DNA of 56,296 nucleotides from an uncultured Arcobacteraceae bacterium (lineage in GTDB: Bacteria > Campylobacterota > Campylobacteria > Campylobacterales > Arcobacteraceae), in the NCBI GenBank assembly GCA_964022095.1, contig CAXHZO010000015.1, positions 1 through 56,296 on the forward strand, written 5' to 3'. Shown piece after piece: positions 20,403-30,963 of this stretch. A model generated the notes under the pieces. The model ran no database searches. It had not been told where the DNA came from and worked only from the letters and a program-made list of their open reading frames with translations. Each line of letters begins with the position of its first letter. The first letter of the stretch is position 1. The position numbers were made by a program, and so were the translations under genes.

Positions 20403-22025
20403 ATGGAACATCTCTTATTTACAATATTTCTAACTATCTCTATCTCAACAATATTAAATATAATTTTAAAGAAATTTGGAATATCTCATATTATTGGTTA
20501 TATATTAACAGGAACAATAATTAGTTATATTTTTAATTTTAGTAAGCTTGATATCCACTCTTTAGAGATGTTAGGTGAGTTTGGTATTGTTTTTTTAATG
20601 TTTACTATTGGTCTTGAAATGAACTTTGAAAAAATTAAAAGAATGAAAGAAATACTTTTATTAAATGGTTTTTTACAAGTTAGTTTAAGTGCACTAATTA
20701 TTTATATATGTTCATATTTTATCTTCAATCTCAGTGTTGAAATATCATTAATTATTGCCCTTGCTTTTTCTTTATCTTCAACTGCAATTGTTCTTACATA
20801 TCTTAAAAGTTCAAAAGATATTCATACTCCTTATGGTGAGAAATCAACTGCAATTTTAATTTTTCAAGATTTAGCAGTAATTCCAATTTTACTACTAATT
20901 ACATTTTTAGCAAATGATACTTTATCTATTAGTGAAGTTATTACTAAGACAGTTTTTTCTGCACTTATAATTATTGCATTTATGTTTATTATTGGTAAAA
21001 AAATCATTAATTGGTTATTGAAGTTTTCTGCTAAAACTAGAATAGAAGAGTTGTTTTTAGGTTCTGTTTTCTCAATAGTAATTGGAACTTCAATATTAGC
21101 TCATGAGTTAGGTTTTACTTACTCACTAGGAGCTTTTATTGCAGGTATGATTATATCAGATACTAAGTATGCTGTAAAAGTAGAATCAGATATAGCAACA
21201 TATAAAGATTTACTTTTAGGAACATTTTTCTTTTGGGTTGGTACAAAAATAGATGCTATGTATTTTTTATTAAATATTCATATTATTTTACTAATGCTTA
21301 TGTCAATAATGCTTATAAAAGCACTAGTGATTTATTTTATTATCAGAAGAAAAAATGATAAAAGTACTTCTTTAAAATCAGCAATTGCATTATGTCAAGT
21401 AGGAGAGTTCTCTTTTGCAATTTTTGCACTTGCTTCAAATAATAACTTATTAACTTCAGATCAGTCAAGTTTTTTAATTTTGATTTCTGTTTTATCAATG
21501 ATATTAACACCATTTATTGTTGGAAATATTTATAGATTAGCTTCTTATTTTGTAGTAGAGTTTTATGAGTCTGATAAGATTACTCCAATTAAACAAAAAA
21601 ATCATATAGTAATATGTGGATTCTCAACATTAGGAAGAATTATTGCAAAAGATTTAAAAGATAAAGAGATTCCTTTTGTAATAATTAGTGATAATTTAAG
21701 ACATGTTCTATTGGCAAGAAAACTTGGTTATATGGCATATTTTGGGCACTTAGATAAAAGACCTGTATTAGAGTCACTAAAAATTGAAGAATCAAGTGCT
21801 ATTATTATTACACTTAGTGATGTTCATATAAAAAGATTAATATGTGAAGCTGTTTTAAATTATCACAGTGAAGCAAATATAATACTAAAAATACAATCTA
21901 CAAAAGAGAAAAGTGAATTAAAAGATTTAAATATTAATAAATATATTCATGCTTATCATGAAGTTGCAAAACTATTAATAGATGAAGCAACAATGAATTT
22001 AGAATTTAAGAATCAAATTCAATAG
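20403..22025 (+). CDS. CPA2 cation:proton antiporter (KefB/KefC-like) with TrkA-N domain
   Basis: GIVFLMFTIGLE, LSSTAIV, FQDL, QVGEFSF, C-terminal ICGFSTLG. Confidence 0.9.
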   Translation: MEHLLFTIFLTISISTILNIILKKFGISHIIGYILTGTIISYIFNFSKLDIHSLEMLGEFGIVFLMFTIGLEMNFEKIKRMKEILLLNGFLQVSLSALIIYICSYFIFNLSVEISLIIALAFSLSSTAIVLTYLKSSKDIHTPYGEKSTAILIFQDLAVIPILLLITFLANDTLSISEVITKTVFSALIIIAFMFIIGKKIINWLLKFSAKTRIEELFLGSVFSIVIGTSILAHELGFTYSLGAFIAGMIISDTKYAVKVESDIATYKDLLLGTFFFWVGTKIDAMYFLLNIHIILLMLMSIMLIKALVIYFIIRRKNDKSTSLKSAIALCQVGEFSFAIFALASNNNLLTSDQSSFLILISVLSMILTPFIVGNIYRLASYFVVEFYESDKITPIKQKNHIVICGFSTLGRIIAKDLKDKEIPFVIISDNLRHVLLARKLGYMAYFGHLDKRPVLESLKIEESSAIIITLSDVHIKRLICEAVLNYHSEANIILKIQSTKEKSELKDLNINKYIHAYHEVAKLLIDEATMNLEFKNQIQ

Positions 22026-22107
22026 TATACAGATAAATAATGTAAAATGACTTATTGTTTTTAAGCTAGAAAAAAGTAAAATAGGATATTAATCAAAAGG
22101 CTTCTAT

Positions 22108-23958
22108 TTGAATCGAAAAATAATAATAAAATTTATTATAGTTTCTGTCTTTTTAAGTATTTTATCTACATTAATTATTACTTATTACTTCAAAGAAAAT
22201 AACAAAGAATTAGTATTGCAAAATGCAAATGTAGTTTCAAATATAGTAAAAAATGGTTTAACTTCATATATGCAAAATAATAATATGCATCAAGTAGATA
22301 CTTTTTTAAACTCTATTAATGATACTGAAGATATAAAAAGAATTTGGATTGTTAGAAGTGATTCTTTAAATAAACAATATGGAACAGCAAATAAAAAATT
22401 ACCAAAAGATAGCATTGATAAAGAAGTTTTAAGAACAGGACAAACTAAATATCAAATCGAAGATAATTTGTTGCATAGTAACATGAGAATTACAATTCCA
22501 TATATTGCAAATTGGGAGAATGGTCTAGATTGTACATCTTGTCATAATGCAAAAAGTGGAGATGTTTTAGGCGCAGTTTCACTAGAAATAGACCTAGGTA
22601 AAATTGAAGAGTTAACTCTAAATATATTTATATTAGTTCCTTTGTTAATATTCTCAGGGGCATTATTGATTTTATTAACTTTTAGAAAAGTATTAAAACA
22701 ATATTCAAATTTATTTGAAAATATTACTGATAGTTTAGATGGTGCAATTGTAGGAGATTTTAAAAAAATTGAAATACCTAAAGATTTAACATCAGAAATG
22801 ATTAATACAATGGATAATTTTAATGATTTATTGACTACTTTTAAGCACACATCTAATGATATTGATAAGAAATTAAAAGTATTTATTGGTAATTCACAAA
22901 CAAATGATAGTTCTAATATTTCAGCTTTAGAAGAATCAAAAAAAATTGTTACAAATCTTTCGAATTTATATCAATTTAAAAAAGAAATTGAATTAGATAG
23001 TACAAAAGAAGAGATTTATAATAGGCTATCTCAAGTATTAATTAATAAATTTGGATTTTATAATTTTACATTTACCGAAATAAATTTAGCAAAACATAAG
23101 ATGGAAGTAACAAAGAAAGTTGGAGAAAGCTTTTTTTGTGAAGCAGATTTAGAAGCTAATCCTCATTTTTGTAGAGCTGCTAGAACTAAAAATGATGTCA
23201 TGTCTATAGAGTATCATTCTACTTGTCCTTATTTTAGAAAAGAAGATAAATTTCATTATTGTATTTCTACTAGTATTAGTGAAAATGTCTATTTAATCAT
23301 TAATTTTGTGTTAGATACTCAAGATCAATTGGATAACTTAAAGCAGAATATATCTTTCATTAAAAGTTATATTAATGAGTCAGCACCTTCAATTGAAGTT
23401 AAAGTTTTAATGGAAGCACTTAGACAATCTGCATTTAGAGATGGATTAACTGGCTTATATAACAGAAAGTTTTTAGAAGAGCACTCTAAGAAATTAATAC
23501 CACAAGCTAAAAGAGAGAAATTTAACATTGGTGTTCTTTTACTAGATATGGATCACTTCAAAGCTGTTAACGATGAATATGGACATGATATTGGAGATAA
23601 AGTTCTAAAAGAGTTATCAAGAATTTTACTTGAAAATGTCAGAGAGTCTGATATAGTAGTTAGATATGGTGGGGAAGAGTTTATGGTTTTACTTTTAAAT
23701 GTAAAATCTACTGAAAATGCATTAGACATTGCTAATAAAATTAGAATAAAAGTTAGTGAGAATGACATAGATGTATATGCTGGTGCAAAACTTAGAAAAA
23801 CTGTAAGTATTGGATTGTCTTTATTCCCTGATGATTCTACAAATTTTGAATCAGTTATTAAAAATGCTGATATTGCTTTATATGAAGCTAAAAATAAAGG
23901 TAGAAATCAAGTTGTAGTATTCACAGAAGAGCAAGTAAGCAGTGTAGATTTATTTTAA
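22108..23958 (+). CDS. Membrane diguanylate cyclase with periplasmic CxxCH heme-c motif
   Basis: Two TM helices with CTSCH between them. DGLTGLYNR, DMDHFK.VND.YGH, RESD I-site, RYGGEEF. Confidence 0.92.
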   Translation: MNRKIIIKFIIVSVFLSILSTLIITYYFKENNKELVLQNANVVSNIVKNGLTSYMQNNNMHQVDTFLNSINDTEDIKRIWIVRSDSLNKQYGTANKKLPKDSIDKEVLRTGQTKYQIEDNLLHSNMRITIPYIANWENGLDCTSCHNAKSGDVLGAVSLEIDLGKIEELTLNIFILVPLLIFSGALLILLTFRKVLKQYSNLFENITDSLDGAIVGDFKKIEIPKDLTSEMINTMDNFNDLLTTFKHTSNDIDKKLKVFIGNSQTNDSSNISALEESKKIVTNLSNLYQFKKEIELDSTKEEIYNRLSQVLINKFGFYNFTFTEINLAKHKMEVTKKVGESFFCEADLEANPHFCRAARTKNDVMSIEYHSTCPYFRKEDKFHYCISTSISENVYLIINFVLDTQDQLDNLKQNISFIKSYINESAPSIEVKVLMEALRQSAFRDGLTGLYNRKFLEEHSKKLIPQAKREKFNIGVLLLDMDHFKAVNDEYGHDIGDKVLKELSRILLENVRESDIVVRYGGEEFMVLLLNVKSTENALDIANKIRIKVSENDIDVYAGAKLRKTVSIGLSLFPDDSTNFESVIKNADIALYEAKNKGRNQVVVFTEEQVSSVDLF

Positions 23959-23962
23959 AACA

Positions 23963-23990
23963 TAAATCATCATCAAAAGATGATGATTTA
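23963..23990. terminator. Bidirectional hairpin between convergent genes
   Basis: TAAATCATCATC-AAAA-GATGATGATTTA perfect 12-bp stem. Confidence 0.65.
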
Positions 23991-23993
23991 AAA

Positions 23994-24488
23994 TTAGTTT
24001 AGTTTTTCTTTTGTGAAGATTACCCCATCTTCATCAGCATAAACGTAGTCTCCACTACTTACTTGAACACCTTCAAAGTTAAGAGTTTCTCCCCTTGAAG
24101 ATTGTGTTTTATCAAAGTTTCTTAATGGACAAGTACCAATCGCGTATAAGCCAACTTCAATATTTTGTGTTTCTCTTGTATCTCTAACATAACCATTTAA
24201 TATAATAGCTTTCCAATTGTTGTTTTTAGCAAATGCCATAAGTTTATCACCTACAACACCGAAAAATTCTTGAGCATTATCTACAACAACAATTTTACCT
24301 TCACCATCTTCATCTCTTAGCATTTCTAATAGTCTAAAATTACTTTTATCTAGTTTTATAGTTTCTATTCTTCCTGAGAAACTTTTTAAACCACCATAGT
24401 TTATAAACTTAGGTGATAAAACTTGAATTTCTTTATCTCTATTATCATCACATAAGTCTGCAGTTTGTGTAATCATTTTCATATTCAT
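23994..24488 (-). CDS. rraA: RraA family (HMG aldolase/ribonuclease activity regulator)
   Basis: TADLCD, YGG..SFSG, VGDKL, NGYVRD, YADEDGV. Confidence 0.88.
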   Translation of the reverse strand: MNMKMITQTADLCDDNRDKEIQVLSPKFINYGGLKSFSGRIETIKLDKSNFRLLEMLRDEDGEGKIVVVDNAQEFFGVVGDKLMAFAKNNNWKAIILNGYVRDTRETQNIEVGLYAIGTCPLRNFDKTQSSRGETLNFEGVQVSSGDYVYADEDGVIFTKEKLN

Positions 24489-24614
24489 TTTCTTCCTCTT
24501 TTCTTCCTAATTGAGTCTACATCTTAACAAAAAAAAATGTAAAAAAGATGTATAAATATTAAATTTAGTTTAAAAAAATATATTAATTTACAAAAATAAG
24601 TAAAAATGTAACAT

Positions 24615-25589
24615 TTAGAATTGAAAATCTGTAGAAATAATTGCATGGTCACTTTGAATTAGGGAACCATTTTTGTTATCTTTTAAATGTAAATCATAAA
24701 TATCATAGTTTGAAAAAGAACTTTTTAGTTTTTTTGAAATAAAAATATAATCAATAACATTTCCTACTGTTCTAAAATATGAGGTTGAAGGTCTTTTTTT
24801 ATAGCTTTTATCTAAATAAAATGAATCAAATAGTTGAGATCTATTTTCACTTATATTTATAGAGTTTAAATTCATAGTTTTTAATATTTGTTCAATTAAA
24901 GACTTATTTGTAAGCAAATCTATACTTAGACAAAACTCCTTATCATTTAAATCTCCTAAGGCTATTATATTTTCATTTGTTTTTAAAGTTTTACTTATAT
25001 CTTCAGATAAATGTATTACTTCACATAATCTTTGTTTTAATGCATTAGCATTTTTAAAAGTGAAACTTCTTAAAGATTTTTCAATTTTTTCGTTAATAAA
25101 AGTCTCTTTTAAAAACTTATATTCAAATTCATTTAATCTATTTGATTTTAGATGAAATACATAAGTTACTAATTCTTTTTTTTCTACTTGAATATAAGCT
25201 TTAATAGGTTTTCTGGAAAATACAAATTCATCTTCTAAATCTAACATTTGTACAATATCATCATTGGTTTGTATTGTTTGTATTTTATTTATTGGATATT
25301 TTGATGCTAAAAAAACTACACATGTTTGAAATATATTTTTTTCTAAAATAGCTTCATCAACACTTGCAAAATATTTATAACCATTCTTAATTAATAACTC
25401 TTTTATTTCTTCTTGAGTAAATACTTCTTGAAATGCTATTATGTCACTATTGATATGATTGATAGTTTCTTCTATCCAATTTACTTTACTTTGCCACTGG
25501 ATTGGACTAAATTTCTCTTTTTTTGTGTAGTAAGAGTAAGGTGGCGAACAAAATTGAAAAAGATTAAAAGTTGATATTCTAAGATTCAT
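24615..25589 (-). CDS. Endonuclease/exonuclease/phosphatase family protein
   Basis: STFN, AFQEV, HLKS, GDLND, IDYIF and SDH motifs. Confidence 0.9.
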   Translation of the reverse strand: MNLRISTFNLFQFCSPPYSYYTKKEKFSPIQWQSKVNWIEETINHINSDIIAFQEVFTQEEIKELLIKNGYKYFASVDEAILEKNIFQTCVVFLASKYPINKIQTIQTNDDIVQMLDLEDEFVFSRKPIKAYIQVEKKELVTYVFHLKSNRLNEFEYKFLKETFINEKIEKSLRSFTFKNANALKQRLCEVIHLSEDISKTLKTNENIIALGDLNDKEFCLSIDLLTNKSLIEQILKTMNLNSINISENRSQLFDSFYLDKSYKKRPSTSYFRTVGNVIDYIFISKKLKSSFSNYDIYDLHLKDNKNGSLIQSDHAIISTDFQF

Positions 25590-25631
25590 AATACTATTAT
25601 ATGATTTCAAAAATCAAAAGAAGATTTAAAT

Positions 25632-26558
25632 ATGACAAAATTTACAAATGAGAGTATGCATGAGATACTAAATTTCATGCAAGATAGTTTAAAAAACAGT
25701 GATAAAGTCAATACAGAAGTATTAAACCCTTCTATATCAAAAGATTTATATTGTGGAGAAGTTCTTACTTTAGATGATGAGTATATATATCGTTCTTTTA
25801 AAGTTTGGAGTGATTTATCAGAGATATTGTTTTGTAAAATGTATGTATTGAGTATAAATGATAAAACAATAGTATTAGAGTTTGAAAAAATAAATAAAGA
25901 AAACTCATTTCATAAACAACAATTAATTAATCCAAATGATAAATATGGAATAGAATCAACATTTTTTAGAATTAATAAAAATGAAGAACCAACTTTTTTA
26001 GATACGTACATAAGTGCTTTAAAAAGTGTGAAGATACAGGACAAGAAGAATGTATTAAATTTAGGTATAAATAAAGCAGATGAATTTGAAGTAATAAATA
26101 ATCTATTACAAAAAGAAGAAATAGAGAAAATAAATTTTTATGGCATTGATTTCTCTTCATCTGCAATACAGTATTCAAAAAATAGATTCAAAGCAGAAAA
26201 TTTCAATTTTTATTGTCATGACATAAATAAACTTGAACAGTTAGATCTTCCAAAAGCAGATCTGTTGATTTCAGTTGGTACTTTACAAAGTTCAAGTCTT
26301 AATTTCAAAGTACTTTTTATGGATTTAATTCAAAATTATCTTAGTGATAAAGGTAGTGTTATTTTAGGGTTTCCTAATTGTAGATGGATGGATGGAGAAG
26401 TGATTTTTGGAGCAAAAGCAAAGAACTATTCTTACAGTGAACAATCAGTTTTATACAATGATGTAATTTTTTGCAAAAAATATCTTCAACAGAAGAAATA
26501 TAGGGTAACTCTAAGGGGTAAAAACTATCTATTTTTAACTGCAACCTCAATAAAATAA
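25632..26558 (+). CDS. Class I SAM-dependent methyltransferase-like protein
   Basis: VLNLGIN..., YGIDFS, HDIN, DLLISVGTLQ. Confidence 0.75.
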   Translation: MTKFTNESMHEILNFMQDSLKNSDKVNTEVLNPSISKDLYCGEVLTLDDEYIYRSFKVWSDLSEILFCKMYVLSINDKTIVLEFEKINKENSFHKQQLINPNDKYGIESTFFRINKNEEPTFLDTYISALKSVKIQDKKNVLNLGINKADEFEVINNLLQKEEIEKINFYGIDFSSSAIQYSKNRFKAENFNFYCHDINKLEQLDLPKADLLISVGTLQSSSLNFKVLFMDLIQNYLSDKGSVILGFPNCRWMDGEVIFGAKAKNYSYSEQSVLYNDVIFCKKYLQQKKYRVTLRGKNYLFLTATSIK

Positions 26559-26626
26559 GAGTAAAAAAGTTTGATTATAAGCTTAACTTATGGTACAATA
26601 TTTTATATAAAATTTAAGGAGTTATT

Positions 26627-26911
26627 ATGCCAGCAAAACATATAGAAGTTAAAACATTAAAGTTAGCACATTCTACTGATGATACAGTAAGAATTGATCA
26701 TGTTGAAAAGCCATATGGTGAGTACAGTAGTCCTGTTATTAATATTGCAATTTTTTCTCACGGTACAGATAAAGTATCAGAAATTGATATTCCTTATGAA
26801 AATGTTGAAGAGTTCATGAAAGCTTTAAATGAATCAATTGAATTATGTGATTCGATTCCAAGAAGTAACATTCATGATGAAATTAACTCACCTATTGGTG
26901 GGGGAGCTTAA
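26627..26911 (+). CDS. Hypothetical protein
   Basis: AAGGAG RBS, upstream TACAAT, downstream hairpin. Confidence 0.8.
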   Translation: MPAKHIEVKTLKLAHSTDDTVRIDHVEKPYGEYSSPVINIAIFSHGTDKVSEIDIPYENVEEFMKALNESIELCDSIPRSNIHDEINSPIGGGA

Positions 26912-26963
26912 TTAAAAGATGGGGTCTTCCTCATCTTAAAATATAAATTTATAAAGGTTTTTA

Positions 26964-27410
26964 TTGAGTAAAATAAATGGTGAATCAAATATTGGTTCGG
27001 TTTTAGTATTTCTGTCTTTTTTAATATCAAGTATTGCTACTTTTGGTAGTCTTTTTTTCTCCGAAATAATGCATTTTGTTCCTTGTTCTATGTGTTGGTA
27101 TCAAAGAATATTTATGTATCCACTTGTCTTGATTTTTTTAATTAATCTTTTGTATCCTGATAATAAACTTTTCAAGTACTCATTTCCACTTATTTTAGGT
27201 GGTTTACTTATGGCAATTTATCATAATTTATTAATGTTTGGCATAATAACTGATGACTTAACACCTTGTGTTCAAGGGGTCCCTTGTTCTACTAGATATA
27301 TAGATTATTTTGGTTTTATTACAATTCCATTTTTGTCTTTAGTATCTTTTAGTATTTTATTTATAATATCGATAATTTTAAAAAAAGGAAAATATTTAGA
27401 TGAAGAATAA
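26964..27410 (+). CDS. dsbB: Disulfide bond formation protein B (BdbC-like)
   Basis: GSLFFSE...PCSMCWYQRIFMYP, second Cys pair PCVQGVPC. Confidence 0.9.
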   Translation: MSKINGESNIGSVLVFLSFLISSIATFGSLFFSEIMHFVPCSMCWYQRIFMYPLVLIFLINLLYPDNKLFKYSFPLILGGLLMAIYHNLLMFGIITDDLTPCVQGVPCSTRYIDYFGFITIPFLSLVSFSILFIISIILKKGKYLDEE

Positions 27411-28053
27411 AAACTTAGTTGCAATAGCACTAATTATAATAGTAGCTGTTTTTGGAACAGCAATGTATGTATTTAACAGTAGTGAAACTCAAAAAGCAAA
27501 AGAGGTAACAACTTTTCAGTATGATAAAAAACCTTTTGTAAGAGAATATAGCCCATCATTTGGTGATAATGAAAAAGGTATTTACGTAGTTGAATTTATT
27601 GACCCTGAGTGTGAATCTTGTGCCATTTTTAATAATGTAATAAAAGATTTTTATAAACAATATTATAAAGACATTAAGCTTGTAGTTAGATATTTAGCAA
27701 ACCACAAAAATTCTGATTATGCAATCAAAATTATTGAAGCAGCAAGACTTCAAGATAGATACTTAGAAGTATTAGATTTAGTTTATAAAAAGCAGCCATT
27801 ATGGGCACAACATAACAATGAAAAACCAGAGTTATTAATGGAGTTTTTAAAAGAAGTAGATGGCTTAGATATGGAGAAACTTAAAGCTGATATGCAAAAT
27901 GTAGAAATTGAAAAAAGAATCAATTTAGACAGAGTTGATGCGACTACTTTACAAGTTACAGGTACTCCAACAATTTTTATAAATGGAAAAAAACTTCAAA
28001 GATTATCACCTGATAGTTTAGAAGATTTGTATATATCTGAAGCATATAAATAA
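27400..28053 (+). CDS. DsbA-family thiol-disulfide oxidoreductase (BdbD-like)
   Basis: N-terminal anchor, EFIDPECESC, GTPTIFING. Confidence 0.88.
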   Translation: MKNKNLVAIALIIIVAVFGTAMYVFNSSETQKAKEVTTFQYDKKPFVREYSPSFGDNEKGIYVVEFIDPECESCAIFNNVIKDFYKQYYKDIKLVVRYLANHKNSDYAIKIIEAARLQDRYLEVLDLVYKKQPLWAQHNNEKPELLMEFLKEVDGLDMEKLKADMQNVEIEKRINLDRVDATTLQVTGTPTIFINGKKLQRLSPDSLEDLYISEAYK

Positions 28054-28055
28054 AC

Positions 28056-28083
28056 TAGTAGATGAGGAGTATCTCATCTACTA
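28056..28083 (+). terminator. Hairpin after DsbA-family gene
   Basis: TAGTAGATGAG/CTCATCTACTA 11-bp stem. Confidence 0.6.
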
Positions 28084-28150
28084 AAATATTAAGAAAATTT
28101 ATTATATTATGTAAAGTAATATTAACTTACAAATTCGTAAAGGAAAATCA

Positions 28151-29332
28151 ATGTCTTTTTTAGAAAAAATGAAATCTTTTTTTGCTTTAGCAAAAGAATC
28201 TAATTATGATTTATTAAAAATTTATGAGCAGGACCCTAATGGCTTTTTATTAGCTTTATTAGTTGTAGTTCTTTTCGTTTTAATAATTATACTTTTAATT
28301 AGAAGATCAATTAAAATTTCAAGTGCTGTGAAATTAGTTTCTAATATTCAAGGTTCAAAAGATATTGATGATTATGATACAAAGTTAACAAAACTAGTTA
28401 CTGAACTACCAAAAAGAGGTATGAAAGTTGCTCAAAGTATTAATGCATCAAAAAAAGATATTTTAGAACAAGAGTTAGCATTACTTAAGAACTTAAATAT
28501 AAGTGAAAAAATAAATAGATATCAACAAATTGCTTCACAATATGCATTAATGGCTCAAAATTCTAAGAAGTATAAAATTGAAGAATTAACTTCTTTTTAT
28601 GAAAATAAATCAAAATCTTTATTAGATGAAAATTTAAATGAAGAGATTAAGACTTACTATACAAACTCATTATTTGATGAAAATGAGATTACAAATGTAA
28701 ACAATATTGTAAACTATGCAAATAGTTCATCAAACCCTGCTGCAATAATAAACCCTTTACAAAATCAAATAAATAAGTTTAGCTATGGATATAATCTTGA
28801 TTTATTTAAGTTTATTAGAGGTTTAGATAAGCAAAAAGCTTCAAATATTTATAACACTTGTAACGAAAAGTTAAAAGAGTTATTTACTAGTGGTGAGGGA
28901 TTAGTTTCAAAAGAGTTATTGGAGTATATGTTAGAAAATGATGAGAAAGATAATGTATATGGATACATTTCAAAATTAGAGAATAAAGCTCATTTGACAT
29001 TATTATATAAAACACTATTTAGTAAAACAGATGATATTGATTTAGATTTAGCATTTGTTTCAAATACAAACAAAATTGATGTAGATTATAAATCTCATTT
29101 AGATAACAAATTAACAGAAAACTGGAAAGATTTATCATATATTAAATATATAATTGAATCTGATGGTGTTTTAGAAACTATTGGACATATTGATTATAGA
29201 AACGTATTAGAAAGAATAGAGAAACTAGAAACAGAAGAAGAAAACAATAAAGCAATAGCACAAGCTCTACAAATAGCAAGAAAAGCAGAAGAGATTGCAA
29301 ATGAAGCTAAATCAATAGCTAGAAGTAAATAG
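28151..29332 (+). CDS. Hypothetical membrane-anchored helical protein
   Basis: Single TM near the N-terminus, long alpha-helical remainder, RBS AAGGA. Confidence 0.8.
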   Translation: MSFLEKMKSFFALAKESNYDLLKIYEQDPNGFLLALLVVVLFVLIIILLIRRSIKISSAVKLVSNIQGSKDIDDYDTKLTKLVTELPKRGMKVAQSINASKKDILEQELALLKNLNISEKINRYQQIASQYALMAQNSKKYKIEELTSFYENKSKSLLDENLNEEIKTYYTNSLFDENEITNVNNIVNYANSSSNPAAIINPLQNQINKFSYGYNLDLFKFIRGLDKQKASNIYNTCNEKLKELFTSGEGLVSKELLEYMLENDEKDNVYGYISKLENKAHLTLLYKTLFSKTDDIDLDLAFVSNTNKIDVDYKSHLDNKLTENWKDLSYIKYIIESDGVLETIGHIDYRNVLERIEKLETEEENNKAIAQALQIARKAEEIANEAKSIARSK

Positions 29333-29337
29333 TATAA

Positions 29338-29631
29338 ATGGAATTTTTCTTAATAGTTTTATTAATAATAGGTATAATTGTTGCATTTTTTATAAAAGCA
29401 AAGATTGCAGCAAACAAGAAACCTACAGCAGTAAAAAAAAGTGAAATAGAAGATTATTATATTGAGCAAATGCAAGAAATTTTGTTAAGGTATCAAAAAG
29501 ATGAAGTGCTTTTAAAAGAACATAGAATAAAATATTTAAAAAGAGTTAATCAAGAGCTTTCAATGAATATTTTTTTCAACGAAGAAGAAGCTAAAAATAT
29601 ATTAAAAAAATTAACAAGTAAGGAATTATAG
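29338..29631 (+). CDS. Hypothetical protein, N-terminal TM
   Basis: Operon-like spacing between neighbours. Confidence 0.75.
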   Translation: MEFFLIVLLIIGIIVAFFIKAKIAANKKPTAVKKSEIEDYYIEQMQEILLRYQKDEVLLKEHRIKYLKRVNQELSMNIFFNEEEAKNILKKLTSKEL

Positions 29632-30198
29632 ATGATAAGAATTTTAATTGGATTATTAGCAGTAATGCTTTTATTTACTGCATGTGATAACAAAAGTAGT
29701 TTTGATGAAAGTCTAGTTGCAAAAACTGAAGTTACTCAAGAGGAACCATTTCAAGAGGTAAATTACTCTTTAACTACAGTTGATGCTAAATTAATAGATT
29801 TTAAAAGTACACCTCAAGGGTTTGACTTTGCAGATTATAAAGGTAAAAAAGCAGTTTTAATTGATGTTTTTGCTACTTGGTGTCCACCATGTATTGAAGA
29901 GTTACCAATCTTAAAAGAGTTAAGAGAAAAGTATAAAGATGATTTTGAAATTGTTTCTGTTTTATTTGAAAAAGATAAGCCTTTAGAAGAGGTTATTGCT
30001 TTTATAAATGAACATAAAATTCCTTATCCTGTTACAGTTGGAGAAGAGAATTTTGTTTTAACAAAAGATTTAGGAGATATTAAAAAAATACCTGAAATGT
30101 TTTTATTTTCTAAAAATGGTGAGTTCATAAAAAAATTTGTTGGAAAAACAAGTAAAGAAAACTTAGAAAGATATATTAATATTGCAATTGAGAACTAA
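29632..30198 (+). CDS. TlpA-family thiol:disulfide oxidoreductase lipoprotein
   Basis: Lipobox FTAC, FATWCPPC, IPEMF. Confidence 0.9.
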   Translation: MIRILIGLLAVMLLFTACDNKSSFDESLVAKTEVTQEEPFQEVNYSLTTVDAKLIDFKSTPQGFDFADYKGKKAVLIDVFATWCPPCIEELPILKELREKYKDDFEIVSVLFEKDKPLEEVIAFINEHKIPYPVTVGEENFVLTKDLGDIKKIPEMFLFSKNGEFIKKFVGKTSKENLERYINIAIEN

Positions 30199-30202
30199 TA
30201 AA

Positions 30203-30829
30203 CTATAAGATGTTTATTAGTTCTTTTAAATTATTTATTTTATGTTTTGCTGTTGAAAAATCTTGAGTTTGAGTAAATTTATTATGTACAATTGCACAAT
30301 CTATCTTGGCTTTATTAGCTGATATCAATCCCCTTTGTGAATCTTCTACAACTATAGCTTCTTCTTTTTTTGCATTAAACAGTTCTAAACCTTTTAAGTA
30401 TGGATCAGGATATGGTTTTGATCTTGGATAGTCTTCCACACATAAAACAAAATCCATAAAATCAGTTATTCCTCTATTATTATGAATTATTTCAAAATCT
30501 ACTCTTCTTGAAGTTGTTACAATACCCATTTTGTATTTTTCACTTAACTCTTCTAATATATCATGAATCCCATCAATTGCTATATCTTCTGTTTTTAAGT
30601 ACTCTTGATAGTATACATCTCTTTGCTCTCTTGCAACAATAATTTCTTCTTGTGAAGCCTTTGATGCTGCTACCCAAACACCTTTTCCATCAGTCATTAT
30701 CTTCATATATTGTTCAAACTCTAAATCAACATTAAAAAACTCTTTTAATGCTCTTTTACTTGCTTCATAATATAAAGGTTCAGTTTCAACTAAAACACCG
30801 TCGTTATCAAATAGTATATATTTTTTCAT
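30203..30829 (-). CDS. HAD-family phosphatase
   Basis: FDNDGVLVET, VTTS, KPYPDPY, VEDS. Confidence 0.92.
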   Translation of the reverse strand: MKKYILFDNDGVLVETEPLYYEASKRALKEFFNVDLEFEQYMKIMTDGKGVWVAASKASQEEIIVAREQRDVYYQEYLKTEDIAIDGIHDILEELSEKYKMGIVTTSRRVDFEIIHNNRGITDFMDFVLCVEDYPRSKPYPDPYLKGLELFNAKKEEAIVVEDSQRGLISANKAKIDCAIVHNKFTQTQDFSTAKHKINNLKELINIL

Positions 30830-30863
30830 GGATGAATTATACACAAAGTTGTTTATTAGTAGA

Positions 30864-30963
30864 TAAAAAAAGGGAAGCTTGTGGCTTCCCTTTTTTTTTG
30901 TTTTTAGTAGGAGAGTTAAATCAAAAATCTTAACACCAAGGCTAAGTGAAAAACTTAACTTGT
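30864..30963 (-). ncRNA. Candidate ~100-nt small RNA with anti-Shine-Dalgarno motif
   Basis: TATAAT at 30975-30970, two 5' hairpins, single-stranded CUCUCCU (30915-30909), strong terminator. No plausible ORF. Confidence 0.6.
30865..30899. terminator. Bidirectional intrinsic terminator
   Basis: A7-GGGAAGC-TTGTG-GCTTCCC-T9. Confidence 0.85.

Noticed and set aside
24488-24508. Tandem AGGAAGAAAA repeat in the rraA leader (possible CsrA sites)
   Set aside because: Only two short purine-rich copies, one being the RBS, which is insufficient evidence
30748-30933. 61-aa plus-strand ORF
   Set aside because: Antisense to the HAD gene, runs through a terminator, no RBS
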